DNA of 64,000 nucleotides from Lingula anatina (taxonomy: Eukaryota; Animalia; Brachiopoda). The notes beneath the pieces are model-generated. The model had not been told where the DNA came from, ran no database searches, and worked only from the letters and a program-made list of their open reading frames with translations. Positions within the stretch are counted from its first letter, which is position 1, and each line of letters begins with the position of its first letter. The position numbers were made by a program, and so were the translations under genes. The stretch covers positions 41,270,788-41,334,787 of the forward strand of contig CM120640.1 in assembly GCA_051362555.1 (NCBI GenBank), given 5' to 3'. Below, piece by piece: positions 1-12,700 of this stretch.

Positions 1-625
1 TTGACCACATATCTACTTGGTATTCTGGAATGAGATATCTCGGTAAACCAGCTGAGAGGGGTTCGACACCCAAATACCCTGTGCACCAGTTTCTTTGTGA
101 TGGGGGACATCTTGGTCCACATCAACCTTGATTCATTATTACTTACCTGCTCATATAAAGAAGATATTAACCATAATATAACCCATTCATGCTAAAACTC
201 TTATTTGGAAGTTTGCTTTAAATATAGTCTTACATGGATATCTCCCTTACTGATATTATTCCAAAAATGCTTTTTTCTGTGTTTTAACTCTCTGTGTAGC
301 AGTAACAAAACAGATGTGCATGACTTGTATTTATTCTTTTTTTTTTTATATTTTCACATTGTCCATTTATTTGAGTTTATGTCATGACACATTTTAAAAA
401 AATCATAACTCTTTTCTGTATAAAATCCCATCACTTCACTCAGCTCTTTCTTTTTTTCCCCCTCCTTGATATTTTTTATATCTCAAGATCTGTAAAAAAA
501 AGATAAATTGTTTATTCATATTTTTATAAAACTAATACTGGACAAGTCTGCAGTGTGATGAACTTTTTTTACTATAAAATGTCTGTGAATCTTGGACAAA
601 GCAGTGTGCTGGTTTTATTTGGCAG

Positions 626-781
626 AAATTCTACAAGTGCCTAAGTGAGATCAAATCGGAGGTGGAATTTGTGATCAAAACTGGACGTCAAGTGGTTGAC
701 AAGAAGCAGGTGGACTTTCCTGACAAGCTTGGAAAACAGTTGGATGCAATAAAAACACAATACAATGAGCTTGGTGCACAG
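626..781 (+). CDS. DMD: dystrophin exon (human ex33-equivalent), spectrin repeat
   Basis: ggcag|AAATTC...GCACAG|gtgagt; 156 nt; [22 protein letters not shown]...YNELGAQ. Confidence 0.95.
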
Positions 782-3700
782 GTGAGTCATTATAATAATA
801 AAGTGGAACTTACAGCACAATTAATACTCAGCACAACTTTTCACATCCAACACAATACTGTCACACCTACTGCAAGCAGCACGCTTTACGCAAGCACACC
901 CCCCCCTCCCCCAAATTTTACCCATTTTAATACATGGTTTGTAGTTTAGTTCCTGATTCATTACATAATGACGCTATACATGTACTTAACATTAAAGAGT
1001 GCACTGTATTATACATTGCAACAAATAACCATATATGCGGGAATATTTTCAGGTAACACAGGGAAAGAAAACATTAGAAAAGGCCTTAAAAGTGTCTAAA
1101 AAGTTGAAAAAGGAGGTGACTGGGATCACAGAATGGATGGATGCTGTGCAGAGAGAGCTCAACAAGAAGGAAATGGTAAAGGCTCCTAAGAACCCAGAAG
1201 AGGAGAAAATGTGGATGGAGGTGAGTTTCAGTATCGTATCCATTTTGTTGGAGGAAATCAGTGAGGACAGCAGTATTATGGTCTACAGAGTTTATAAATA
1301 GAAAAAGGTGATGATAGAAAGCATCCTGTTCTTAAAAAACTTGGAGAGAATGGTATCCCTGAACTCTTTTGCTCTACTAGCACATTAGAATAATTTTTAA
1401 ATAATTATTAAAATATTAAGTGTGTGTGTGTGTTGGGGGGGGGGGGGGGGGGAGGTATTGTGGAAGGCCAAAATAATATGGATCAAGTATTCAGAGTTTT
1501 TCCTACCACATCCTCATCCTCATACCTATTTCAGACCACCATGCATGAGCTGGCTAAGAGAGAGCCTTCACTGACCACCATCACTGAACTGGTCAGCCAA
1601 ATCCAGGAGATGGCCGAGGATGGTCAGCTGGAAGAGGCCACACAGACACTGGAACTAGTCAAGAATAACTGGAATGAATTGTCCAATAGACTGGCTGCCA
1701 GGAAGACATTGCTGCAGGTAAAATATGACATTGTTTTCTTCTCGACCACAACTTTTTCCAGCTCTAAGGAAATTGCTTAACTAATGGATTTAACCTAGTA
1801 TGTACTTGGTTCTTATTTAACGAAAAAGTGGTATTTTGAGAAAAATAAACTACTGAAAAAAATATTAATTAATGTTCATGCACACTACTTTAATAGTGAA
1901 ATAAAGGATATAATATTGTGCCTTGAAACTGCAATTGCATTCAAAGAGGCAATATGTTATTTGAAATGTAAAGGATGCCACCTTTCTAAATTTAGGAACA
2001 AATTGCCCAGCTTGATGAGATGTACAGGGAGTTCCAGGATTCCTTGAAGGAAGTAACAGTCTGGCTGACCAAGATAGCAGACAAATTAAAAAGCATGGAC
2101 AGGAGCTCACCAGAGAAACAGGCACTTGATGGGGAATATGAAAAACTCAAGGTAAGCAGATATTGTATTAATTTTGACACCAACAGAAGCCTTGAATGTA
2201 CCCTTGAATGCTTTGAAACTGCAATTGCAGAAGCCTTGAATGTGAAATCTGGTGTTATTGTTTAACAAAATTAAGTTGTCTATATTTAGTAAAGGGTTGT
2301 CATATATAGTTGGATGGTGAGAAATAGAGTGAATAACATACAAAAGAGATAATTTTCTATAAGTTATGGCATTATTTAAAATTCTTTATTGCAGTCCTTA
2401 CAAGTAGAACTGAATGAGCTTCATAACCAAGTTGACCAAGTGAGAGATTCAGCCATTGATTTGATGAGCCGCAGTGAGAAATACCACAAACTGGTGGAGC
2501 CAGAGCTTACACAGCTTAACCAAAGATGGGAGGAGACAGCTGAGAAAATCAAGGTAAGCCTTCCAAGGTTCTTTATGACTTGAAGAACAGCTTTTATAAA
2601 ATAAATTCCAATGATGTAGGATAATCTGAGTGTAATCAGCATGTAGGCTGCACCTAGATTTATTTATTTATCTTATTTGTTTCAAAAGGTGACTTTAAAT
2701 TTGCAGTTTGTTTTGTAATAACCAAATTGTGACACTGACCAACAAACACAGTGCTTGTTCGCACACTGTCACACCTAACACAGTGACAAACTTTATTTAT
2801 TGTTTCATTTTCTCTGCAGTTAAAGCAGCAGTCTCACCATCAGGCCAATGAGCAGACCAAGCCAGAGATAGAGAAAGCTGTCACAGAGCTTCTGCTGTGG
2901 ATGCAAGAAGTAGAGACAAAAATGAATGAAGCAGATGGCAATGAAGAAAGATTACAGGTAATGTGCAGTCATTAACAGCAGAAGGTTTGGTGACATGTAA
3001 GCATGTGATTATTAAACTTTGTGTGGTAGAAGATACAGGGAGGTGGAATAAATACTCGACCGACTGGAAGTCTCATTCACTGAAAAAGAACAATTCAAGG
3101 AAATCTTTTTATGTGGTAATTATCTCAACAAACAGAGATAATGTTCTTTTGCTATCACATATTTATTATAATCAAGCACAACTATAAAAATGTCAAAATG
3201 ATTAGTTATCATGATTGACAAATATTTCATGATGTGAGTGATATTTCACAGCTCACAGCTCATTCATAAGATCTAGCATCATTTCAAATAATATTTTGGC
3301 ATATTTTGGTGTTAATGACATATTTCAGTTCATAAATAAAAGTAAATACACACCGTTTTTGTTACCTGAAAGAACTATAGAGTGCTGGTAACTTTGGCTG
3401 TCATTTAATGTGTTTTTTTTTCAATTAAACTGGAATTGAAGTATAAGAAAAATCTGTATTCATGAACCAGCTTAAATGGAATGTATTCAAAACCATGTTT
3501 GACATTTAAGCTGGTCATTTTCTCTTTTTAAAGATAGAAATGGGATCTTTAATTAGTTTCAATTTATAAGATAAGCGGTAGACTCAACAACTATTTAATA
3601 GCAAAGAGAACCTTTTAAAAGTTATTTATTGTTTATTAAGCATTAAATTGTACTAATGATTTTTTTAGTTAGAAAAGATTGCTCTGAAGAGTTCACTTCA

Positions 3701-6700
3701 TCCATGTTAAGTGCAAATTTCTAATAGATACATAAATATTTATAGAGAAAAACATGAAACTTTGGTAATAGCTATTTATTGGTAGAGCAGTTAAGGTTGG
3801 GAGAAGGATTATTTGAAGATTTGGGTTTGATCCTTTTATATTTGTAGATTCCTTTGATTAAAAATCTTGCACTTTGCATCATAATTTGCACAACTGCCTG
3901 CTGATTGTTGTCTGCAGTGTTCTGATCCACGAAGGTCATTAGGTTGCAAGGGGACAGTGACATGTTGTTAGCTGAGAAGATGAAAATATGTGCTGCTGGC
4001 TTGCGTTACTGAAAAATGATCAAGAGGGTGGTGGAGCAGAAAAATCAATGTTTTAAAAATAGTTGAAGGATATACTGGGTTCGGGTACTGTTTTTTTTTT
4101 TTTCTTTCACATTATTTGGCAAGGTGATGGAAAGAGATGATGGATGTTAGGCAAACTAGAGTACACAAGGAGGGTTTTATTTTCTTGCACTCCAGGAACT
4201 CTCCATCAAACTCCGCACTAGCAGTAGGTGACACAATAATAAATGTACTTAACGCAGCAGGTTAATGGGGAATCGTGGGTTAATTGACCAGCATTGTATC
4301 CTCTTTATTCTGAGGAATTGAAGCATTTTGTGTTTTAGAATGCACTCTCTGTATTTATCAGGCTGTGGAGGAAGATATCAGCAGACGCAGGCTAGAGGTC
4401 GAAGCTCTACAACAAAAGACCCAAGATGACTCGGAAGCAGAAGAGAGCGAGGTTGGAAAACTGAACAAACGCTGGGTGGAAATAACCACAAGATTTGACC
4501 AACTGAACCAACCCCCAGCAGAAGAGACCATAGAACCCCAGTCATCTGCTACTGTGGCAATGATGTCTACTACCACCGTTGTAACTATAACAACTTTCTC
4601 CAGAGTTCCTTCACAGTTTGTTGAGGATGTGAAGAAGATTGTGCAAGAAGTAGCAAACATTGAGAAACAACTGACAGAATGTTCACCATGGACAGAATAC
4701 GATGACATCTCTCAATATGAAGAAAAATTAAAGGTAAACATTTTCTTAATATCTTGTTAAGTGTTTTATTAATTGAGCAGTGATTACATGTAGTAATATT
4801 TATTATCATTATTAATTGACATAATTAGTTGCTAGAGCATTCCTTAAATGTTGTAGAAAATAATTACATTTCTTAAATGTTGTAGAAAATAATTACAGTA
4901 CTAGTATTTATGATTAACATGTAATTGAGAAATTATTGAAAATAGATATAGCTTCATATGGTCTGACCTTTCGTTAATGGCCTTTCAAAGAAAGGCTTTT
5001 AAAACTGTTAATGCATGCCACCATTTAGACCCTCTAGAGATTACTTTGAAACTTATATCTACAGAAAATGTCCCAGGCCTGAAAAACTAATAGCCTTAGA
5101 GTACAGCTGGGCAAAAAGGATTGTTTTTCTCCATTTTGATCTAGTTTCCCTTAGAGAGAAAACATATGAGATAGCATTGATTTTGAAGAAAATATTTTGA
5201 GTCAAGAGGGTGGAGATTACAAGTTGATGTTTCTGCTCAAAAATATTTTATTTCTTATTTTCATCTGAGTCGATTTCCAAATCTGCCATACAAAGCAATT
5301 GCATCATGTAGTTAAGGTTAGCTGTATACTTTTGAAATTTGCCATTGAAAAAGGAGAGAGGAGTACCACTCACATTTTGTCTTCCTCTCATACCACATGC
5401 CCCACACATAATATCTCTTCCAAAGAAATCACATGCATATTTCTGAAACAGAAACTCTTTAGGTGGTTGGTTTTATTCATTTCGTAGGGCTGCGGTATTC
5501 TTTTCTTGATGTTATCAGCACATTTCTGCATAAATCTTCTTGACATGAAGATTGTTGTCCTTCAGAAATCGAACCCAGTGCATACCATGGTGGTTGGCTG
5601 TGAAATGACTTAGAGTTTGGAGGATGAAAAATTCAGGGTGGTGGTAAAACGTTGTTACCATGACCTTGTAGATGACATTAATTTATTACTGTCATTTAAC
5701 TATTAAAACTTTTCCACTTTATTATCATAGTTTTGTAAGAATATTTGATATTAGAGGACAAAGGTGTTAAATGAGACAGAATAACAAAGGTTGTAATACC
5801 CTAGCATGCAATATGACATTGTTGTAATATGTTTGCACTGCAGGGTAATTGTATTTGTACATGTGCTCTGCTGTGTGACATCAAATGTCACTGGTAATGT
5901 CACAGGCCTTGACATGGTAAGACACTGTGTGATCATCGAGTCCCTCTGACGTCACTGCCCACACTCTGGTATTGTCCGGCAGTGATAACGCTGATTAAGG
6001 AGGAAACAAAAACCCAATTGACACCAGCTTGTCTCCCCAGTAAAGGTGTGCATTTGCCATCACCCCAGCCCAGGTGTTATCTTGTCTATTTATCTTCCTA
6101 TTACACTGTGAATGGACCTGGGACATGCAAAGCTTCACCTTGTGCCTTCCTCGGTGAATGTCTTGTGCACAACTCACTGTTTACCCACGCAAAATTCAAA
6201 TATCTTTGTGAAATATTCAAAGGAGTAATTTTTAACATGCTGGATTACATGTTAGTGGCTTCAGGGAAATATATCTGGATTTTATCACATATCTAGCAAT
6301 CAGTGTGCTCCCCTTCTCCCCTGGGGAATTTCAGTGCAGGCTGTAAGTGATGTTAGTGGCCATGTAGCAGAGTGTGATGGTATGATAAGAGGTGCCTACA
6401 GGTAGATGTATGGGACCAGTGTTAAACATTGAGAAAAGGGAATGCACAAGATAACCAAGATAGCACTCCTCCTGGAGAAGAATCTTGGGCTTGCAGGCAG
6501 AAATACAGATGCCTAACTAATCTTTGGAGTATCTTGTTTGGTAACATGACCACTGTTTTATTGACTGCAGTGTTTTTTTTTATTTTTGCTGAAAAAAAGA
6601 ACAAAAAATTGTATTTATTCTGGGAATTCCAGGGATTTAGAAGGGCTGTCCATCTCATGTAGCCTGATGAACGCAAACTGAGTGTATACAAATATCCAAC

Positions 6701-9700
6701 CTCAGCATTATTCACTGTCAGCATAATGCCTTCACATTAGTCAGATTCCATAGCTTTTTTTCTGGGAAGTGTGCTATGTTAGTACAGCTTATGTCTTCTA
6801 TTCCAGGCAGTGCAGGGGTCCCTGGAGATGTTGGAGCCGTCAGTGGTAGCGGCAGAGGAGCAGAAGGATGGCGTGCTTGATGCCAGTGACCATGAGGAGG
6901 CTACAAGGATTAAGAAGATCATGGAGAAACTGCGGCAAGATTGGGCCAGAGTGAATAAGGAATACAAAGAAAAATACGGGTAAGAAAATAATTTATTTAC
7001 TGCTATAGTCACATATATAGAAATTTGATAGAATGACCCTTGTTTTCCTCAGAATAATTTCTCTCCAGTTCATGGGAACATAAGCAGTGTAATTATGCAG
7101 GTTCTTGGTATAGGTTAATCTCACAACTATAAAAATGTAAAAATGGCCAATTAACTTGATGAACAATTAGAAATAATTACTAGAAATAGTTTTAAATGAA
7201 ATATGAATATTAACTAGAAATTGTTTTCATGAAAAGTACATGTATCCTGGTATTTACAATGTACCGGTCCAACCCATGTCTTAAGAAAATTCCAGCCATT
7301 TAATAATTATACACAGGGGGCAGATGACAATTATGAATACAAAGATATCTTGTTTAATTTGGCACTGAGTTAAGAGATAAAATCATCATTAGCATAAAGG
7401 TGCATCTGAAAGTATTTGAGTACCTTAACCTGAAAGTCAACTATACATCAACACATACAACTAGGAGATTTTTTTTCAAATAAAAATTGCCATCAATTAT
7501 GTTTTCAATAAAGCTCATATCATGATTGTTGAAAGTATGATTTGGTTTGATTGAGCAGTTAAAATGCTCTGTTTACTTTACAACATGAAAATTTTGTTAG
7601 ATTACTAGATGTCATTGAGTAAAACTGCTTTTTTATACTTGTTTTATTGCTTTTATTAGAAAAAGTAATAGTAATAGTAATAAGGTGAATACGCCATGCC
7701 CTAAGTCTGTGGATATGCACAGTAGAGGGGCTTGTTGGACGTACAGTCCATTCACTTTGGGCCTTATGGTCAAAGTATTTATGAAACAGTCTCTCAGAGT
7801 GATTGATGACACTGTCATACTTTCTCTGAACTCATATTTGCTTAGATAACTGATGATTTTGGATAGCATGCTTTGCACAACACTGAGGCTGTAGGTGGAG
7901 TGTGCTTTTACAGTACTTTCTTATTATTACATAATAATGATTGATATTGCTTGTGCAAATCAGAATAAATTGAGGTGTAATGGAAAGTCTGGCTACAGCT
8001 TGACTTCTCCACAGCTGTCTATCATTTCTTTGACAAAACCTCATTTAATTAATCACAATTTAATTAAGATCTTTAGCTAAACAAAATCACATCAGAGCCA
8101 GGGGCATGATCACACACAGGAGCACTCCGCAGATGGATTTGAGTTAAAAGGTGATTTCTTTAATGACAGTTAGAGCTAGTGACAAAGGAAATGTTTTTGC
8201 CGAGGGGCAAAATATGAAATATGGAACAAGAATACGCGGCTACCATGTCCATGTAGGGTGGTCAAACAGCTAGAAAGGTGACCAGTGGGCTTAGATTTCT
8301 TTCACCCACTTGAATGTGGACTGATACCTTGGCCCAAACAAAGAGAATATGGCCAAGTTGATGCTTCTGGTGATATAGGAATTATGGATGGGGATATATT
8401 GCTACTATTTTGTCATACACTTTGGAGATGGTGGGTGTCGCACAGTGATTTAAGAGAAAGGGTCCAATTTACCTAAGAAGATGATGCGAAGCAGTGCGAA
8501 TGAAGTTGCTGACATTTTGTCACTGTTTAATGAATTGCTCATCTATATAGAAATTATGTACCAGGAAACTGTTTACAAAGACAGGTATTCAACAAATGAA
8601 AAAATGTCTTTCTTTTATAGTAATATAGTTTAATGCTGTCTTTTGGTGAATTGTATGGCAATTTATTAATGTAATGTTTGTGATGTTATCAGCACATTCA
8701 TCTACTTAAGGAGAGGTGTATATATGGTAAAGACCAGAGTGTTTTCATGTTTACTTGGATAAGAACTAGAATACTCATGTTCTGGGGACTTAAATTGAGG
8801 GTTGTCAAGAGGTTTGGTGGGTTAAGCACCTAAGTACATTTATGTTTCATGTGCTTTAGAGCAATTTGCATACTTGAGTAAATATGTTTATCAAATATGT
8901 TTAGTTCTGTTTTTAAAAAATGTTGAATAATTATAAATTGGAAGCAAGTAATACTATATAATGTATAAGAAAATTAAAGGTAGTTTTGCTGCAGGTTTTT
9001 CAGTGACAATTTAATGGAAATGAATGAATGAAAAAAATCGTTTATGTTATTTTAAATGACTGATTCTATTTTCATCCAGTCACTGGACTGAAACTGCTGA
9101 CCAGTGGCGTCAGTTCCACTGTGACATGAAAGAGCTGGCGTCGTGGCTGACAGAGGCAGAGAAGACGCTGGCTGAGACCAGGACTAGCGAGGGCAACATT
9201 GATCTGGAGAAGGCAAAAGCACAGCAGAAGGTATGTCCTTTAATAGTGGGGAAAGGCTTTAAACATGGTAATTTTTAACTGGTAAAAGTTAAACACATTG
9301 TAGCTTATTTACAATATCTATAGATGAAGATGACACTTACCACTACTCTTCCCTTTTTATCAATGTTTTATTTCCTTTGTACTATTTTTGGAACACACAT
9401 CAACAAATCACAAATCAACATCTAGTGATTTGATTTGATTTGAAGTGAATGAAGTGGGAAACATTCATACATAAGTCATCAATTTGCTGATTCACAATAA
9501 CCAGAAGTATGATAATTAGGGTGTAACTGGAGCTGAGCTGCATAAAATTTGTGTTATCTTGGGAATTGTGAACCGTATGAGTAAGAACAAAATGAAAATT
9601 AATGGAAGACTGATGCCTTGGCCCAGAGACAAATCAGCCATCTTTGTGTTGTTCTTTTTTTTTCATAGATGTACCAGCAATTTTGATGAGATTGCTGTTA

Positions 9701-12700
9701 TTCCCAAGACTTGTAAAATTCTGATTTTCTAATCATTACATTCTATTCAAGGACTATAGATACAGTATAACCCTGTTTAGATAGTAACCCTATGCTGTAC
9801 ATTTAAGATCAATTTTTATAGTATATCCTTATATGTGGGTGTAGTGATAAAGGCTCTCTAAATTGAATTAGATACAACAATGCTGTATGTACTTATTTAT
9901 ACCGTAACTTAAATATTTTACCTTTAGCTGTGTTCATTATTGCGTACATTATAGCTGTTTCAATGCTGGTTTTTCATAAATATTTCAGGCTGTGTTACGT
10001 AATTATATTACAAGCTTAGATGTACCCTGTACATTTTAACACCTATTTTTGTAGTTGAATTTAGTCAGTTAATCTCTGGCTCTATTTAGAATAGATGATC
10101 CGAGTACTAACTGATCCACCAACTAAATATGGCTGACCGTACTTCAAACGGATGCTGCTAATTCCATGATGGTCTCCCTGCCTCCATGCACGCTGTCAGT
10201 GCAGGGACTTAGCAATTAAACCTCTGAGAGGGTGGAGGCAGGGTGACCATCAGGAATCGGCGGCATTGCTTTTGAAGTGGGGCCGGCCATATTTAGTCGG
10301 CAGATCAGTTAGTCCTCGGATCATCTATTCTGAATGGCCCCTACATATAGATAAGACAATTTCACTTATGGGCATTGGAATTTATATCATTGCTTTTAAA
10401 ATTATTCCAATTATTTAAAAGCCTTGTTTGCCTTCAAGAAGAACAAAATATCTTTAGAAAATGAAAAGACAACAAAAAATGTACTGTAAAGGTTGCTATG
10501 ACATTTTCAAATCATTACCAATGTGAATCTGTGAAGAGCTCATTTTATAGCTGGTAAGTTGCTACTAATGATGCTGGCTGTTACACAAACTAGTACATGA
10601 AGGTGTCAGGCTTTCCCATTGATCAAGTATGCTACATGTACTATTGTGAACAATTAAGCCCCTTTCATTGGTGCAGTTGTCTTGATGAGCACCATATTTG
10701 TGCGCTTCTTTGCATTGATTGTATGTGAAAGAGCTGCCATATTAGCGGACATCTAATTGAGAACAAATAAAGTTCTGCGTGACCATGATTTCATTGATGA
10801 ACTTATTGAACAGGGTGGTTTAGTTGATTATTTAGTGTGGGTTAATGTAATGGGCATCCACTCTGGACCCAGACTAGAGTTCTCATGGATTAGTGTGCTG
10901 CTGCCCATTGATATGAAGGCCATCTCTGTCTGTCTTAACCATTGACATTAATGACAAGGCACAAGATGGATTGATTGGTGCACCAAAACAAGCAGGACTG
11001 CAGACATGATATTTTAAAAGTGCACACAGCCGAGCACACAAAGTTGGCTTGACCACAGGGTAGCAATACTGGGAATGGAAACATCTGGTGTAGATTACAT
11101 GCAGCAACTTTTTCTTTTGAATGGAGTGGATATGTTTGCTGTTTAAAGTAACATTTGTATAGCCTGTCATTATGGACACTTCAGCTCAGGTGGGTTAATC
11201 AGCTGGGACAGCCCAGTTAACAAGTTGCATTGTTTAAATGGGTAGTATCTTCTATGGTGACAAGCACCTGTCGCCATGATAGTCGCACTAAGTCACACTA
11301 AGGAAAGTCCATGAAGCAGAATACATAATTGGAATAAAGCTAGGTATAGCAGAGCATTTATTTAAGCAAGACAAAAAGCATGATTTATGTATGAGCCCAT
11401 TTCTTAGCCAGTTTAGAATAAGATCATGCATCTTCCATACTGTACATTTAGACACAACAGCAAGTTAGTGCTGAAATACCAGTAGCAGGTAGTGATAATA
11501 ATCAAGTGGTGTAGGCCCTGTCATAAGGGGATGAGAGGGTTGTGATACACTGTACATCAGCCTTGTTTCATGTCTGTAGCCAACATTCCAGCTTGTACTA
11601 CTGTATGTCACCCTGTAGATGATATGCAGCAGCCAGGTCCATTAGAGCCCCCTTGTGTATGTAGTTGTGCTGGTAATGAAGGCGGCTATGTATGTGTCAG
11701 CTTATCAGCCCATTGCATGCAGAGGTGTGGGAAAACAAAACTCAGCATTGATAAAATAGACTGGAAAAAAAAGAAAACCCACTTTATCTCAGTTCCTAAG
11801 GCCTTCACAGTTGTGGTATTTCCTGGATTTTATCAAAAGGAGAATTGCAGGCAAATAACATTGACTTGCTTTTAAGCCGAGGCATGCATGCACTGTTGAA
11901 GTATTTGATCTGTCATTGTGCGTGTATTTGAATTTCACCATGAGATATAAGGTAGGTTTCTTTCTGCAGTGTTATATGAGGTGAAGTATTAATTAGGATT
12001 AAATGATCAGGATAAAGTCAAGTATTAACCCTACTATTAGGTTACCCAGCAGCTAGGCAGCTTCACATTATGCAAGATTTTACCTTGTCTTACATGCACA
12101 AAAAAGGTGACAGACTTTAAGCTCTGCAATTTCTTCATTACTGGAAAAGGCTACGGTTGTTGTAGTGTTTACTTAGGCTGAGTCATGATCTGTATTTTTT
12201 ATTTAAACAGTTATCTATTTCAGTGAAATATGAGCATGTGTGGTGTAGATGCAGGTCATATAAATACATGTAGGCTGTCATATGGTGAGCCACCTCCGCT
12301 GCCTTATTCTCCAGCTTTTGAGAAAAAAGAACATTGTATCATTTGATATGCATCGTTGTGACAGTGTTCGCCTCAACTTGTCAATGTGTTAATTTAATCT
12401 TGCCCTACTGATGTAGAAACTGAACTGGTGTATTTAGGCTCACAATGTAAAATGAAACCAGGATGCAGGCTGTAAAAAGAGCTTGGGCAAGTTTCATGGT
12501 AGGTGAACCAGGAGAAAAAATGGTAATGTCAGTTTCCAAACTTGTGTGCAATGTATGCCATGGCTGGTACCTGTGGATAAGTATGCAACTGAACCTCCCG
12601 TGGTTCTATACCAGATTAACAGGTATTACTGGTATATGACACTCATTGGTTAACAAGTCACTGACCATACAGATTCGAATTAGGTGGAGATATTGAATTA

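Noticed and set aside
10540-10560. 3-nt microexon ttttatag|CTG|gtaagt in intron 44
   Set aside because: The pyrimidine tract is short and the pattern cannot be distinguished from chance without reads.
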